This document shows, piece after piece, positions 50,279-62,454 of a stretch of DNA of 64,000 nucleotides. The notes below the pieces were generated by a model. It saw only the letters and a list, made by a program, of their open reading frames with translations, did no database searches and was not told the DNA's origin. Origin of the DNA: Mobula hypostoma (taxonomy: Eukaryota). The translations under genes were made by a program, and so were the position numbers. How positions within the stretch are numbered: position 1 is the stretch's first letter; each line of letters starts with the position of its first letter. The stretch is taken from assembly GCF_963921235.1 (NCBI RefSeq), contig NC_086109.1:30444001-30508000 (forward strand), in the 5' to 3' direction.

Positions 50279-53040
50279 ATAATATGCAATAATTTCCTCT
50301 GCCACCCCTGTATCTCTCATTGCAATATCTCCAGTGTCATTTTGTATTGGTCCTATATCTACCCTTGATTCTCTTTTCCCCTTTATATACTTATAAAAGC
50401 TTTTAGTATCTTCTTTGATATTAGTCGCCAGCTTCCTTTCATAATTCATCTTTTCCTTCCTAATGACCTTCTTAGTGTCCTTCTGCAAGTTTTTAAAAGT
50501 TTCCCAATCCTCTATCTTCCCACTAGCTTTGGCTTCCTTGTATGCTCTCTATTTTGCTTTTACTTTGGCTCTGACTTCACTTGTCAGCCACGGTAGTGTC
50601 TTACTTCCCTTTGAAAATTTCTTATTTGGAATATATCTGTCTTGCATTTCCCTCATTTTTCGCAGAAATTCCAGCCATTGCTGCTCTGCTGTCCTTCCTG
50701 CAAATGTCCCTTTCTAGTCAACTTCAGCCAGTTCCCCCCTCATGCCATTGTAATTTCCTGTATTCCACTGAAACACTGACACATTGGATTTTATTTTTTC
50801 CCTCCAAAATTTCAATGTGAACTCGATCATATTGTGATCACTGTTTCCTAAGGGTACCATAGCCTTAAGCTCTTTTATCACCTCTGGATCATTGCACAAC
50901 AGCCAATCCAGCACAACGAACCCCCAGTGGACTCAACAACAAGCTGTCCTAAAAAGCCATCCCTTAGACATTCCAGAAGTTCTCTCTCTTCAGGTCCAGT
51001 ACTGACCTTGTTTTCCCAATCCACTGTCATGTTAAAATCCCCAACGATTATCATGACATTGCCTTTCTGACAGGCCTTTTCTATCTCCTGCTGTAATGTG
51101 TAATCCACATTCCAGCTGCTGTTTGGAGGCCTGTATACAACTGCATTAGGGTCATTTTACCCTTGTCATTTCTTAACTCAACCCATAGAGGCTCTACACC
51201 TTCCAATCCTTTGTCACCTCTTTCTAATGAATTAATATTATTTTTTATACACAGAGCCACACCACCCCCTCTGCCTACTAACCTATCTTTCTGATGTACT
51301 GTATATTCTTGGACCTTCAGTTCCCAATGGCAGCCAACCTTTAGCCAAGTTTCAGAAATGGACACAACGTCATATTTGGCAATCTGTAGATGAATTTCAA
51401 GATCGTCTATTTTATTCCTTATGCTGTGTGCATTCAAATGTAACACCTTCAGTTCAGTATTTGTTGCTTTCTGTTTTAAAGGCACCACGTCTCTATTGTC
51501 CTGTAATTCATGCCACTGGCTGTGAATAGGCCTCATCTCCATTAAGGATAAACAGAGAGTGGGAGGTGGAGAATTTCTTAAATGCATCTATTTTAATGCT
51601 AGGAGCATTGTAAGAAAGGTGGATGAGCTTAGAGCATGGATTGATACCTGGAAATATGATGTTGTAGCTATTAGTGAAATGTGGTTGCAGGAGGGGTGTG
51701 ATTGGCAACTTAATATTCCAGGATTTTGTTGCTTCAGGTGTGATAGAATAGGAGGGGCAAGAGGGGGAGGTGTTGCATTGCTAGTCAGAGAAAATATAAC
51801 AGCGGTGCTCTGGCAGGATAGATTAGTGGACTCGTCTAGGGAGGCTATTTGGATGGAATTGAGGAATAGGAAAGGTGTTCTGGTGCTTATAGGGGTGTAT
51901 TATAGACCACCTAATGGGGACCTAGAACTGGAGGAGCAAATTTGTAAGGAGATAGCAGATATTTGTAGTAAGCACAAAGTTGTGATTGTGGGAGATTTTA
52001 ATTTTCCACACATAGACTGGGAAGCCCATTCTGTAAAAGGGCTAGATGGTTTGGGGTCTGTCAAATGTGTGCAAGATAGTTTTTTGGAGCAATACATAGA
52101 GGTACCAACTAGAGAAGGGGCAGTGTTGGATCTCTTGTTAGGGAATGAGACAGGGCAGGTGACGGAGGTATGTGTTGGGGAGCATTTCGGGTCAAGTGAT
52201 CACAATACCATTAGTTTCAATGTAATTATGGAAAAGGATAGGACTGGACCTAGCATTGAGATTTTTGATTGGAGAAACACTAACTTTGAGGAGATGCGAA
52301 AGGATTTAGAAGGAGTGGATTGGGACAATTTGTTTTGTGGAAAGGATGTAATAGAGAAATGGAGGTCATTTAAAGGTGAAGTTCTGAGGGTTCAGCATCT
52401 TTATGTTCCTGTTAGGTTGAAAGGAAAGGTTAAAAGTTTGAGAGAGCCATGGTTTTCAAGGGATATTGGAAACTTGGTTCGGAAAAAGAGAGGGATCTTC
52501 AATAAATTTAGGCAGCTTGGAGTTAATGAGGTACTCAAGGAATACAAAGAATGTAAAAAGAATCTTAAGAAAGAAATTAGAAAAGCTAAAGGAAGATACG
52601 AGGCTGCTTTGGCAAGTAAGGTGAAAATAAATCCAAAGGGTTTCTACTGTTAGGTTACTGGCAAAAGGATAGTGAGGGATAAAATTGGTCCCTTGGAGAA
52701 TCAGAGTGGACGGCTATGTGCGGAGCCAAAAGAGATGGGGGAGATTTTGAACAATTTCTTTTCTTCGGTATTCACTAAGGAGAAGGATATTGAATTGTGT
52801 AAAGTAAAGGAAACAAGAAGGGTAGTTATGGAAAGTATGACAATTAAAGAAGATGAAGTACTGGCTCTTTTAAGGAATATAAAAGTGGATAAGTTTCTGG
52901 GTCCGGACAAGATATTCCCTAGGACCTTGAGGGAAGTTAGTGTGGAAATAGCAGGGGCTCTGACAGAAATATTTCAAATGTCGTTAGAAATGGGGATGGT
53001 GCCAGAGGATTGGTGTATTGCTCATGTGGTTCCATTGTTT

Positions 53041-54676
53041 ACATAGAAACATAGAAACATAGAAAATAGGTGCAGGAGTAGGCCATTCGGCCCTTCGAGC
53101 CTGCACCGCCATTTATTATGATCATGGCTGATCATCCAACTCAGAACCCAGCCTTCCCTCCATACCCCCTGACCCCTGTAGCCACAAGGGCCATATCTAA
53201 CTTCCTTTTAAACATAGCTAATGAACTGGCCTCAACAGTTTGCTGTGGCAGAGAATTCCACAGATTCACCACTCTCTGTGTGAAGAAGTTTTTCCTAACC
53301 TCGGTCCTAAAAGGCTTCCCCTCTATCCTCAAACTGTGACCCCTCGTTCTAGACCTCCCCAACATCGGGAACAATCTTCCCGCATCTAGCCTGTCCAATC
53401 CCTTTAGGATCTTATACGTTTCAATCAGATCCCCCCTCAATCTTCTAAATTCCAACGAGTACAAGCCCAGTTCATCCAGTCTTTCTTCATATGAAAGACC
53501 TGCCATCCCAGGAATCAATCTGGTGAACCTTCTTTGTACTCCCTCTATGGCAAAGATGTCTTTCCTCAGATTAGGGGACCAAAACTGCACACAATACTCC
53601 AGGTGTGGTCCCACCAAGGCCTTGTACAACTGCAGTAGTACCTCCCTGCTCCTGTACTCGAATCCTCTCGCTATAAATGCCAGCATACCGTTCGCCTTTT
53701 TCACCGCCTGCTGTACCTGCATGCCCACTTTCAATGACTGGTGTATAATGACACCCAGGTCTCGTTGCACCTCCCCTTTTCCTAATCGGCCACCATTCAG
53801 ATAATAATCTGTTTTCCTATTTTTGCCACCAAAGTGGATAACTTCACATTTATCCACATTAAATTGCATCTGCCATGAGTTTGCCCACTCACCCAACCTA
53901 TCCAAGTCACCCTGCATCCTCTTAGCATCCTCCTCACTGCTAACACTGCCACCCAGCTTCGTGTCATCCGCAAACTTGGAGATGCTGCATTTAATTCCCT
54001 CATCCAAGTCATTAATATATATTGTAAACAACTGGGGTCCCAGCACTGAGCCTTGCGGTACCCCACTAGTCACCGCCTGCCATTCTGAAAAGGTCCCGTT
54101 TATTCCCACTCTTTGCTTCCTGTCTGCTAACCAATTCTCCACCCACACCAATACCTTACCCCCAATACCGTGTGCTTTAAGTTTGCACACTAATCTCCTG
54201 TGTGGGACCTTGTCAAAAGCCTTTTGAAAATCCAAATATACCACATCCACTGGTTCTCCCCTATCCACTCTACTAGTTACATCCTCAAAAAATTCTATGA
54301 GATTCGTCAGACATGATTTTCCTTTCACAAATCCATGCTGACTTTGTCCAATCGTTTCACCGCTTTCCAAATGTGCTGTTATCACATCCTTGATAACTGA
54401 CTCCAGCAGTTTCCCCACCACCGACGTTAGGCTAACCGGCCTATAATTCCCCGGTTTCTCTCTCCCTCCTTTTTTAAAAAGTGGAGTTACATTAGCCACC
54501 CTCCAATCCTCAGGAACTAGTCCAGAATCTAACGAGTTTTGAAAAATTATCACTAATGCATCCACTATTTCTTGGGCCACTTCCTTAAGCACTCTGGGAT
54601 GCAGACCATCTGGCCCTGGGGATTTATCTGCCTTCAATCCCTTCAATTTACCTAACACCACTTCCCTACTAACATG
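53041..54676 (-). mobile_element. Young 5'-truncated CR1 inserted in the plus-strand CR1
   Basis: (TTCTATGT)n tail at 53041-53064; host sequence rejoins as ccattgttt / aaaaaggg. Confidence 0.93.
53141..54661 (-). CDS. CR1 ORF2 reverse transcriptase, uninterrupted 506-aa C-terminal portion
   Basis: [39 protein letters not shown] and LEYCVQFWSP in one frame; no true start. Confidence 0.85.
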   Translation of the reverse strand: MVLGKLKGLKADKSPGPDGLHPRVLKEVAQEIVDALVIIFQNSLDSGLVPEDWRVANVTPLFKKGGREKPGNYRPVSLTSVVGKLLESVIKDVITAHLESGETIGQSQHGFVKGKSCLTNLIEFFEDVTSRVDRGEPVDVVYLDFQKAFDKVPHRRLVCKLKAHGIGGKVLVWVENWLADRKQRVGINGTFSEWQAVTSGVPQGSVLGPQLFTIYINDLDEGIKCSISKFADDTKLGGSVSSEEDAKRMQGDLDRLGEWANSWQMQFNVDKCEVIHFGGKNRKTDYYLNGGRLGKGEVQRDLGVIIHQSLKVGMQVQQAVKKANGMLAFIARGFEYRSREVLLQLYKALVGPHLEYCVQFWSPNLRKDIFAIEGVQRRFTRLIPGMAGLSYEERLDELGLYSLEFRRLRGDLIETYKILKGLDRLDAGRLFPMLGRSRTRGHSLRIEGKPFRTEVRKNFFTQRVVNLWNSLPQQTVEASSLAMFKRKLDMALVATGVRGYGGKAGF

Positions 54677-57600
54677 GGAAAAAGGGTTCTAAGAGTAAAC
54701 CTGGCAATTATCGGCCTGTGAGTTTGACGTTGGTGGTAGGTAAAATGATGGAAAGTATTCTTAGAGATGGTATATATAATTATCTGGATAGACAGAGTCT
54801 GATTAGGAACAGTCAACATGGATTTGTGCGTGGAAGATCATGTTTGACAAATCTTACAGAATTTTTTCATGAGGTTACTAAGAAAGTTGACGAGGGTAAA
54901 GCGGTGGATATTGTCTCTATGGACTTCAGTAAGGCCTTTGGCAATGTTCTACATGGGAGGTTAGTTAGGAAGGTTCAATCGTTAGGCATTAATATGGAAG
55001 TAGTAAAATAGATTCAGCAGGGGCTAGATGGGAGACGCCAGAGAGTAGTGGTGGATAACTGTGTGTCAGATTGGAGGACAGTGTGTAGCGGTGTGCCTCA
55101 GGGATCTGTACTGGGTCCAATGTTGTTTGTCAAATATATTAATGATCTGGATGATGGGTGGTAAATTGGATTAGTAAGTATGCAGATGATACTAAGATAG
55201 GTGGCGTTGTGGATGATGAGATAGGTTTTCAAAGCTTGCAGAGAGATTTAGGACAGTTAGAAGAGTGGGCTGAAAGATGGCAGATGGAGTTTAATGCTGA
55301 AAAGTGTGAGTTGCTACATTTTGGTAGGACTAATCAAAATAGGACAACATGGTAAATGGTAGGGCATTAAGGAATACCGTAGAACAGAGGGATCTAGGAA
55401 TAATGGTGCATAGTTCCCTGAAGGTACAATCTCATGTGGATAGGGTGGTGAAGAAAGCTTTTGGTATACTGGCCTTTATTAATCAGAGCATTGAGTATAG
55501 GAGTTGGGATGTAATGTTGAAATTGTATAGGGCATTGGTAAGGCCAAATTTGGAGTATTGTGTACAGTTCTGGTCACCGAATTATAGGAAAGATATCAAT
55601 AAAATTGAGAGAGTACAGAGGAGGTTTACTAAAATGTTGCCTGGGTTTCATCTCCTAAGTTACAGAGAAAGGTTGAACAAGTTAGGTCTTTATTCTTTGG
55701 AGCGTAGAAGGTTGAGGGGGAACTTGATAGAGGTGTTTAAAATTATGAGGGGTATTGATAGAGTTGACGTGGTTAGACTTTTTTCCATTGAGAGTGGGGA
55801 AGATTCAAACAAGAGGGCATGGGTTGAGAATTAGAGGGCAAAAGTTTAGGGGTAACATGAGGGGGAACTTCTTTACTCAGAGAGTGGTAGCTGTGTGGAA
55901 TGAGCTTCCAGCAGAAGTGGTTGAGGCAGGTTCGATGTTGTCATTTAAAGTGAAATTGGATAGATATATGGACAGGAAAGGCATGGAGGGTTATGGGCTG
56001 AGTGCAGGTCGGTGGGACTAGGTGAGGGTGAGAGTTCGGCACAGTCTAGAAGGGCCAAGATGGCCTGTTTCCATGCTGTAATTGTTATATGTTGTATGTT
56101 ATGTCTCCTCCCTGTTCTTTCTATAATCCCTGTTGCACGCTATCTTTGATTTACTTCTGTATTCCCCTTCCCCAACCCTATCACTTCGGTTCTCATCCCC
56201 CTACCAAGTTAGCTTAAACCCTCCTTACCAGCCTGGTTAAATGGATATTGGGCCCCTTTAGGTTCAGGTGTAACTCATCCTTTTTGTATAGGTTGTACCT
56301 CCCCAAGAAAAGGCCCCAATGATCCAGGAATTTGAATCCCTGCCCCCTACACCAGTCTCTCAGCTACACATTAATATGCCTGATCATGTTATTCTTGCAC
56401 TTGCTAGCACGTGGCACAGGCAGCAATCCTGAGATTACTACCCTAGAGATCTTGATTTTCATTTTCCTACCTAACTCCCTGAATTCTCTCTTCAGGGCAT
56501 CCTCCCTTTTTCTACCTATGTCATTTGTACCAACACAAACCAAGACTTCTGGATATTCACCCTCTCCCTTCAGAATACTCTGCACCCAATCCAAGGCATC
56601 CTGTACCCTGGCACCTGAGAGACATCACACCATGTGAGTATCTCTATCAGGTTGACAGAACCTCCTGTCTGTTCCCCTAACTGTGGAATCCCCTATGACT
56701 ACCGCATTCCTCATCTTCCTCTTTCCTTTCTGCACCACGGAACCAGGTTCAGTGCCAGAGATCCGATTGCCGTGGTCGACCTCTGTCAGGTCATCCCCCT
56801 CAACCGTATCCAAAACGAGATAACATTACTGCGGGTGTTGGCCACAGAGGTGCTCTCTAGTATCTGAGATCGTCACTTCTCTTCCCTGACTGTCACACAC
56901 TTATCTAACTCCTGCATCCTCTGGGTAACTAACTCCCTGTAGCTCCTCTCTATCTCCTGTTCACTCTCCCCAATAAGCTGTAGGTCATCGAGCCCTAACA
57001 CGGTCTCTCAGGAGCTGCATCTTGGTGCATCTAGCGCAGATGTGGCCATCTGGTAGACTGGAAGATTTCTAGGATTCCCACATCCGACACCCAGAGCAAA
57101 ATACCAACCCTATTCCTCAAAAAAATGCAAAGGGAAACCTAAAACTAAGTCCACCTACCCACTTACCTCACCGAAGCCTGAATGAGCCAAAGCCTGTCGC
57201 TTCTACTCTCGCCACTGGCCTAATCCTGACAATGGCCGCTCTGCTTATCCCTTCTGTACTTATATTTAGTTCGTCGAGCTCAGTTGCCTCCGCTGATAGG
57301 CCCTACACAATGCTTATACAATCTCAAATTTTACTACTTTGTTTCATGTTCTTAAATCAAATTGCTAATGTATTGTCAACTTATAAGCAGAGTACTTGGT
57401 AGGAAAAAGATTTGAAGCATTCCAAAATCCTTTCATTGGGCTCCCAGAAGAATATTATTTTATCCCATGTGTATAAAGACTGGAATAAATGCAAAATCAT
57501 GAAGGCCAGAGAAGAAATTATCCAATCTTACCTATGTCACTTTATATGATTTCTTACAAACTTCTCAAAATTACTTTTTGTACATAGACAAGGTCATGAT

Positions 57601-58414
57601 ATAACTTGCATCACATTATATGGTAACATTTATAAAGGATATTAAAATGGCAAGATCATGTTACTTCCTTTTATATATATATAAGAAAAGATTTAATGAA
57701 GACTCTTAAGTTTTTTCACTGTAGCAATTTTTTTATGGAAACAAGAATTAACATTTCTTTCCTGTGTTATATCATTGGAAAGACTTTTTGGATTTTTACT
57801 TAATTTATTAAAACTTTTCTGCTACATTGCTATTAACATTTCTGTTTAAATGTTTGCCTGCAGCATAAATCAATTAACAGAAATTAACATTAAAAAACAG
57901 ACTATTTTCTGCATTGGGGACTCTAATCTCTCTGGTCTACATTCAGATCTTCTTCCCATATCTCTGTTTTACAGCAGAATCAGAAAGTCAATAGTTAGAT
58001 TTACACAGAGGAAAACAAAAAAAACCGTGTCTGAATTAGAGCTAAAACTTGGCAAGAGTCTCATTTATGTGCAGAAATATCCCTAGATGCTCTGCAGGAT
58101 CATAAAAAGAAATTCTGAAGCAAAGCCAAGGTTGAAACTATTAGGAGGGATAGCCAAACATAGCAGATGAAGGATTAGATCGCCACATGTGAGACATGTG
58201 GACCCAAGTTTGAAGTGAATGCATAATTGAAAGGAATTGGAGAACTGGAAGAGGGCACAGATAAATCGGGAAAGGTTTCAGAGCTAGGGATGGGTATAGT
58301 CACAGATGGATTTAAGTAGAAGCAAGAGAATTTTAAATTCACATTGCGAATGATTTGGGTGCAATTACACCTTAGCGAGATTAGGACGAGGTAATACATT
58401 ATTCCCTTAAATAA

Positions 58415-59125
58415 CTGTGATGTTTCTGCTGCTGGACCGTCGAGTCATCAGCCAGGGCCATCCATCTTCAGACATTTCGTCCCCTAACCCGGAACATCCT
58501 CGGGATGGTGGGACAGCAAAAGGTGATCAGTCTTCTACCCCCGACGGTCAGACATCTAGCTACTGTCATCCCTTCGCAGGCAAAGCCAACTGGACGATCT
58601 CTCTGCTGCTTGGCCCATGGTGTTAACGGCTCTCTTCCTGGTTCCCCCTTGTATCCCTAAAGCTGCCATCATCTTCCAGCCTGACGTGGCGGGAAATACT
58701 CTTGCCCCCACTTTGACAGGGAAGTTCCACGTCTGCCAGCCTTGCTGTCTGCAGTCCGCCACCAGGTCTTCGTACCTTGCAAACTTCCTCTCGTGAACCT
58801 CTTGGCATCGGGTCTCCCATGGTACTGTTAGCTCTATCACCACGAGCTTCTTTGCACTCTCTGACAATAGTAGAACATCTGGTCAAAGTGTGGTCTCTGC
58901 TATTGGTGGGAACATCAGCTTCTTTTCAAGACCAACCTTCAGCTCCCAGTCCTTTGCCATGCTCAGGATACCGACTCTACGCTTGTTTGTTGCTGCAGCA
59001 TGTTCCCTGGTCCTGATGAAGTTGATGAAGTTTGGTTGGTTGGGCTGTCCTTTTTGTGGTCCTTTTTCCTCTCTGTCTCCAAAGTGTGGGCGAGTGCTCT
59101 CAAAACCTGGTTGTGTCTCCATCTG
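58415..59125 (-). mobile_element. 3' end of a HERO-like (R2 group, restriction-like endonuclease) non-LTR retrotransposon
   Basis: WRHNQVLRALA motif, then PDVLL...IELTVPWE...ERKFARYEDL...PVKVGAR...AAERSSSWLCLRR; stop at 58556-58558 followed by a 3' UTR. Confidence 0.85.
58434..58511 (-). ncRNA. Candidate rearranged (non-circularly permuted) hammerhead ribozyme
   Basis: Sense: GGAUGU-U-CCGGG..GGAC-GAAA-UGUCU...CCUGG-CUGAUGA-cucgacg-GUCC; all three helices can pair. Confidence 0.55.
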
Positions 59126-59294
59126 AGTTGGAACTATGAATGCCGTTTCACATTAAAACATACAAATTTCTGAAGAAACCTGAGAGTCAGGTAGCATCTA
59201 TAAAAATGAATGAACAGTCAACATTTCGGCAGAGGACTCTTTTCAAGGCTGGAAAAGAAAGAGGAAGGAGCCCGAATAAGAAGATGGGTGTGCT

Positions 59295-60035
59295 CAAAGT
59301 TTCAAAGGTTCATTTTATTATTGAAGTGTGTATGCAGGATACCACTCTGAAATTTGTCTTCTCCAGATAGCCATAAAATACAGAAAAACCGTAGATGTTA
59401 TTGAGGCCCCCCCCCCACCTTCCTGCTCGATAACGAAAAAGAAACAAAACTCACATACTCCAAGCACCCCCAATCTCTCCCTCGCACAAAAACTAATAGA
59501 TCGCCCACCTGGACCACGTCCAACCATTGGCCCAGCCTCCTTCGCATTTGCCTTGATATTTCAATCGGTGAGAAATAGAGTCAATCAAGGCCCTATGCCC
59601 CATCTTTGATCCCATGTTTGGGACAGCTTGTGCTCGTGGTCCTCTCCTGAAATTTTCTTGGGAATAGCAGAGCACAAGATCACTCAGCTGACCTCCAAAC
59701 TGTAAGTCACAGGCTCCAACAGTTTCCAAAACACAATTAAGATTAAAAACAAGAGTAAATAAAGACATAGAAAAAGTGTAGTAATTGTTTACCTGGATGA
59801 TGTCACCCGAGTAATTGTTGTTCGCTGGCACCGTCTTGACCATTGGCTCCAAGATGACGGGCAGGTCCCTGGTGGAAGAGAAGAGGTTGTTTGTCAGTTT
59901 CTGTTTATGTATTGCTTTTCATAAATTATATTGTATTCTTTATGTTACTATAAATGCCTGCAAGAATATGAATGCTAAAGCAGTAGATGGTAACACAAAT
60001 ATACTTTGATAATAAATTTACTTTGACTTTGACTT
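59295..60035. mobile_element. Two back-to-back Rex1/Babar-related non-autonomous fragments
   Basis: aaagtttcaaaggttcattttatt reverse tail at the left end; aataaatttactttgactttgac tail at the right end. Confidence 0.5.
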
Positions 60036-61146
60036 TCATTATTGGGTCCAATTCCATCAGCATTTTAGTTCTGCAGAAGTTCAAAAAGATATTTCACTAC
60101 CATCTTCCCAAAGGCAAATAACAATGATCAATAAACGTTGGCCTTGTGAACTGTTCATTCATTCTGCAAATGTGTAAAACAGAAAACAGATGTGGAACAG
60201 ATATGAGTGAATAAATTTGGAAAAACCTGAAGTTGAAGGATGGACTGGAAACTCAGCTCGAATCTCAATAGAACACCTTTGCGTAATTCAGCCCAAGGAA
60301 TTGGCAAGAAGGGGATAGATTCGGTTGCTAAGTCGAAAGGCAAAAACAGAATTTTTAGTTCCGTCTTGAAAAGGGCTGTGATTCTTTAGTGGGGCTCAAA
60401 GCAGTGCCATAGCTACCTGGCCTATTATTTTCTTATTTTCAGTTGTGGTCCTGGAGGCAGCTCAGGGCAGTAAATGTTAAGTGTAATTTATATGGGAAGA
60501 GGTCTGTAGTTGCTACCTTTAGTATGGAGGCAAGGGAATTAATCTTGTACCACCAATATTGCAAAAAAGAAAAATCAACATTCTGTTTCCACTGGCAGCC
60601 TTCAAAAATCCCTTGTACATGTTGGTAGATTGGCCTCTAAATATTTAATGGAACTGACCACAAGTTGTGTTTTTCCATCAAGTATAAGTCAGGTGTTTGG
60701 GCCTTATTTTTCATTTGTGAAATGCTTGATGCCTGTTTAAGATTGTGCTTCAGATAGCAGAGAAAAAAAATCTGATCCATTATACAAGGGGTACACTGAA
60801 TGAGGATGCATTCTGCCTTACATATAATCCTTGGATCTAAAGTGACCATTGTGGAATTCATCTTAGGCAAATTTTCTTCTGAAGGTATTTTACACATGTA
60901 AAGCATAGAATATATACCTAAAAGGATGTGCACTAATTACGAGGGGTGATTGATAAGTGCATGGCCTAAGATAGAAGGAGTCAGTTTTAGAAAACCTAGC
61001 ACATTTATTTTTCAACACAGTCCCCTCCTACTTTTACATATTTAGTCCAGCGGTCATGGAGCATATGGATCCCTTCTTTGTAGAAGTCAGCTTCTTGGAC
61101 CTCCAGAAAGTGGTCCACAGCAGGGGAGATTGATAAGTTTGTGGCC

Positions 61147-62148
61147 CTGTCCTGCCTTGCCTCGCCTAGCCTCGCCTCGCCTCGCCTCCACTGCCGGAGC
61201 AAGATAAGGAACTGTCTATTGTTGTTTTGAACTGTCTCTGTGTCCACGCCTTCACTAGTTAGGTCCGACTGTTTGCCGCTACCTAGTGTTGAGAACTGTC
61301 TCTGTGTCCACGCCTTCTCTAGGAAGGTCTGGCCATTTGTCGCTACCTAGTGTTGGAAACTGTCTCGTCGTGTTCAGCATTCTGTGTATGAGTCCCAGCC
61401 CTACGTCCTGTTCCCAAGGAGGGATCCGGGCTCCGTGTTCCATGTCTCTGCGTTCCTGTCTCTCCCTCGAACAAGTCAAGGCTTCTGGCTTTGTGTTCCG
61501 AGGTTCCTGTTTCCCAAGACCACGTCATGTCTTCACCTAGTTCCGGAGTCCGAGCCCGAGTCAAGACCTGGGTTCTGGGTCCTTGTTCAATCTCTGGCTC
61601 GGAGTCCGAACCCAAGCCTCATCAAGTCCTCGCCTCAAGGAACCCAAGCCTCGTCATATCCTCACCTTGAGGAACCCAAGCCTCGCCGTGTCCGCGCCTT
61701 GAGGAACCCAAGCCTTGTCGTGTCGTCGCCTTGAGGAACCCAAGCCTCGTCGTGTCCTCGCATCGAGGAACCCAATCCTCATCATGTCCTTGCCTCGAGG
61801 AACCCAAGCCATGTCATACCCTCGCCTCGAGGAACCCAAGCCTTCTCATGTCCTCACCTCGAGGAACCCAAGCCTCATCATGTCCTTACCTCGAGGAACC
61901 CAAGCCATGTCCAGTGTTGTAGTCACCTCATGTCCCCGCCTAGATCCGGGGTCCGAGCCCGAGTCAAGATCCAGGTTTCAGGTCCTTGTCCAGTCTCTGG
62001 GTCGGAGTCCTTGTCCAGGTCCCACATTCCTAGTCAAGTCCTAGCCCAAGTCTGTGTCCTTGTTCCTGCTCTCTAGTCAAGTCCTGTTCCTGTTACTTCA
62101 GTGTCTGTGTCTTGCATTTGGGTCCGCCACCAGTGCCTACCCTGTGAC
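61147..62148 (+). mobile_element. LTR-like segment containing tandem arrays
   Basis: TGTC...GTGACA ends; 3' end ttgcatttgggtcc...tgtgaca resembles fish Gypsy LTR ends; no TSD seen. Confidence 0.5.
61609..61912 (+). repeat. 32-bp minisatellite, 9.5 copies
   Basis: Unit AACCCAAGCCTCGTCATGTCCTCGCCTCGAGG with an exact 32-bp period. Confidence 0.95.
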
Positions 62149-62454
62149 AGAATGCTCCACGACTGCTGGACTAAGTGCGTAAATGTAGGAGGGGACTATG
62201 TTGAAAAATTAATGTGCTAGGTTTTCTAAAATTGACTCCTTCTACTTTAGGCCACGAACTTATCAATCAACCCTCATAGATCCTTCCAATATCCAAAGTC
62301 TAAGTTCCTTCTGATTCTTTTCCTAAATTATTTATCCATTGCTTTCTAATACGTAGTTTTAACAATAGGATCTATCCAATTCCAGTCAGTACCCTTGTGT
62401 TTATCTTTAAGTATTAAAGAAGTGTGAGGTTTAAGCAGGATTATTTGAACGTGG

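Larger units (their letters stand above)
51541..56103 (+). mobile_element. CR1 with nearly complete but disrupted ORF2 (endonuclease and RT)
   Basis: ORFs 51559-52653 (NARSI, GDFN, SDH), 52672-53040 and 54677-56021 (YADD); tail ttatatgttgtatgttatg. Confidence 0.92.
50278..57260 (-). mobile_element. Old CR1 (5' region, ORF1 esterase, ORF2 endonuclease) split by younger CR1s
   Basis: ORF1 SGNH motifs VVIGDSTVRG and VGTNDIG at 56364-56813; endonuclease motifs LNAHSIRNK, SETWL, GDFN, SDH at 50278-51540; TCTCC flanks the inserted block. Confidence 0.75.
60940..62276. mobile_element. Mariner-type MITE with ~125-bp inverted ends, carrying an LTR-like insert
   Basis: TA flanks; CGAGGGGTGATTGATAAG...GGAGCAT mirrored at ~62151-62276. 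Confidence 0.8.

Noticed and set aside
53523..54227. Plus-strand ORFs of 93-134 aa
   Set aside because: Antisense shadows of CR1 ORF2.
61609..61912. CRISPR-like array (constant 14-mer plus variable 18-mer)
   Set aside because: The variable parts are homologous to each other, there are no cas genes, and the context is eukaryotic; it is a minisatellite.
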